DNA of 62,962 nucleotides, filler included, from Octopus bimaculoides (Eukaryota): assembly GCF_001194135.2 (NCBI RefSeq). It is 5 parts of 5 records of this genome, joined end to end, with 100 filler letters (N's around TTAATTAATTAA, not from the genome) between each part and the next. Parts side by side here need not be neighbours in the genome. Positions count along the whole stretch, not along the records: positions 55,022 to 62,962 come from NC_068992.1; 4 more parts are not named here. One strand, 5' to 3'. Made by a program: the position numbers and the translations under genes. Positions within the stretch are counted from its first letter, which is position 1. Each line of letters starts with the position of its first letter. The notes below the pieces were generated by a model. That model was given only the letters and a program-made list of their open reading frames with translations, made no database searches and was not told the origin of the DNA. Of this stretch, positions 62,855 to 62,962 are shown in pieces.

Positions 62855-62962
62855 ACACTGAATACTGACTTGGATCACTTGCATCGATTTGTATTCTCTT
62901 GCTGAAAATATCCTTCTTTATGACTAAATAAGAAAAAAATATTAGAGCGTTGATGAGTAATG

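Overview
AT-rich, microsatellite- and SINE-dense animal genomic DNA. The repeat families point to an octopus (inferred, not searched). The window is not one contiguous locus. Four identical 100-bp spacers (44 N + TTAATTAATTAA + 44 N) join five pieces: 1-11102, 11203-28350, 28451-40075, 40176-54921 and 55022-62962. The only host coding sequence I can support is one minus-strand exon (40433-40219) matching exon 2 of Meis/homothorax. The rest is mobile DNA: several tRNA-derived SINE families; L1/Tx1, RTE, R4/Dong-like, CR1/L2-like and Penelope-like retroelement relics; mariner, Tc1, Tigger-like and hAT elements; and DINE-1/HINE-like rolling-circle elements. The most striking structure is a 447-bp fold-back palindrome (59531-59977) in which each arm carries an apparently intact type I hammerhead ribozyme. 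Degenerate hammerhead-like motifs recur at 3.6, 5.0 and 14.5 kb, the first two in similar inverted arrangements. Other notable signals are a CpG-decayed domain (28.5-36.3 kb) suggesting a methylated gene body, retroelement tails nested in tRNA-like SINE heads, Dong-like elements in (AAT)n tracts, and a MITE with octamer+CCAAT sites in its TIRs. Most of the supplied ORF track is microsatellite or gap artefact. All alignments were done by eye, and repeat boundaries are approximate.
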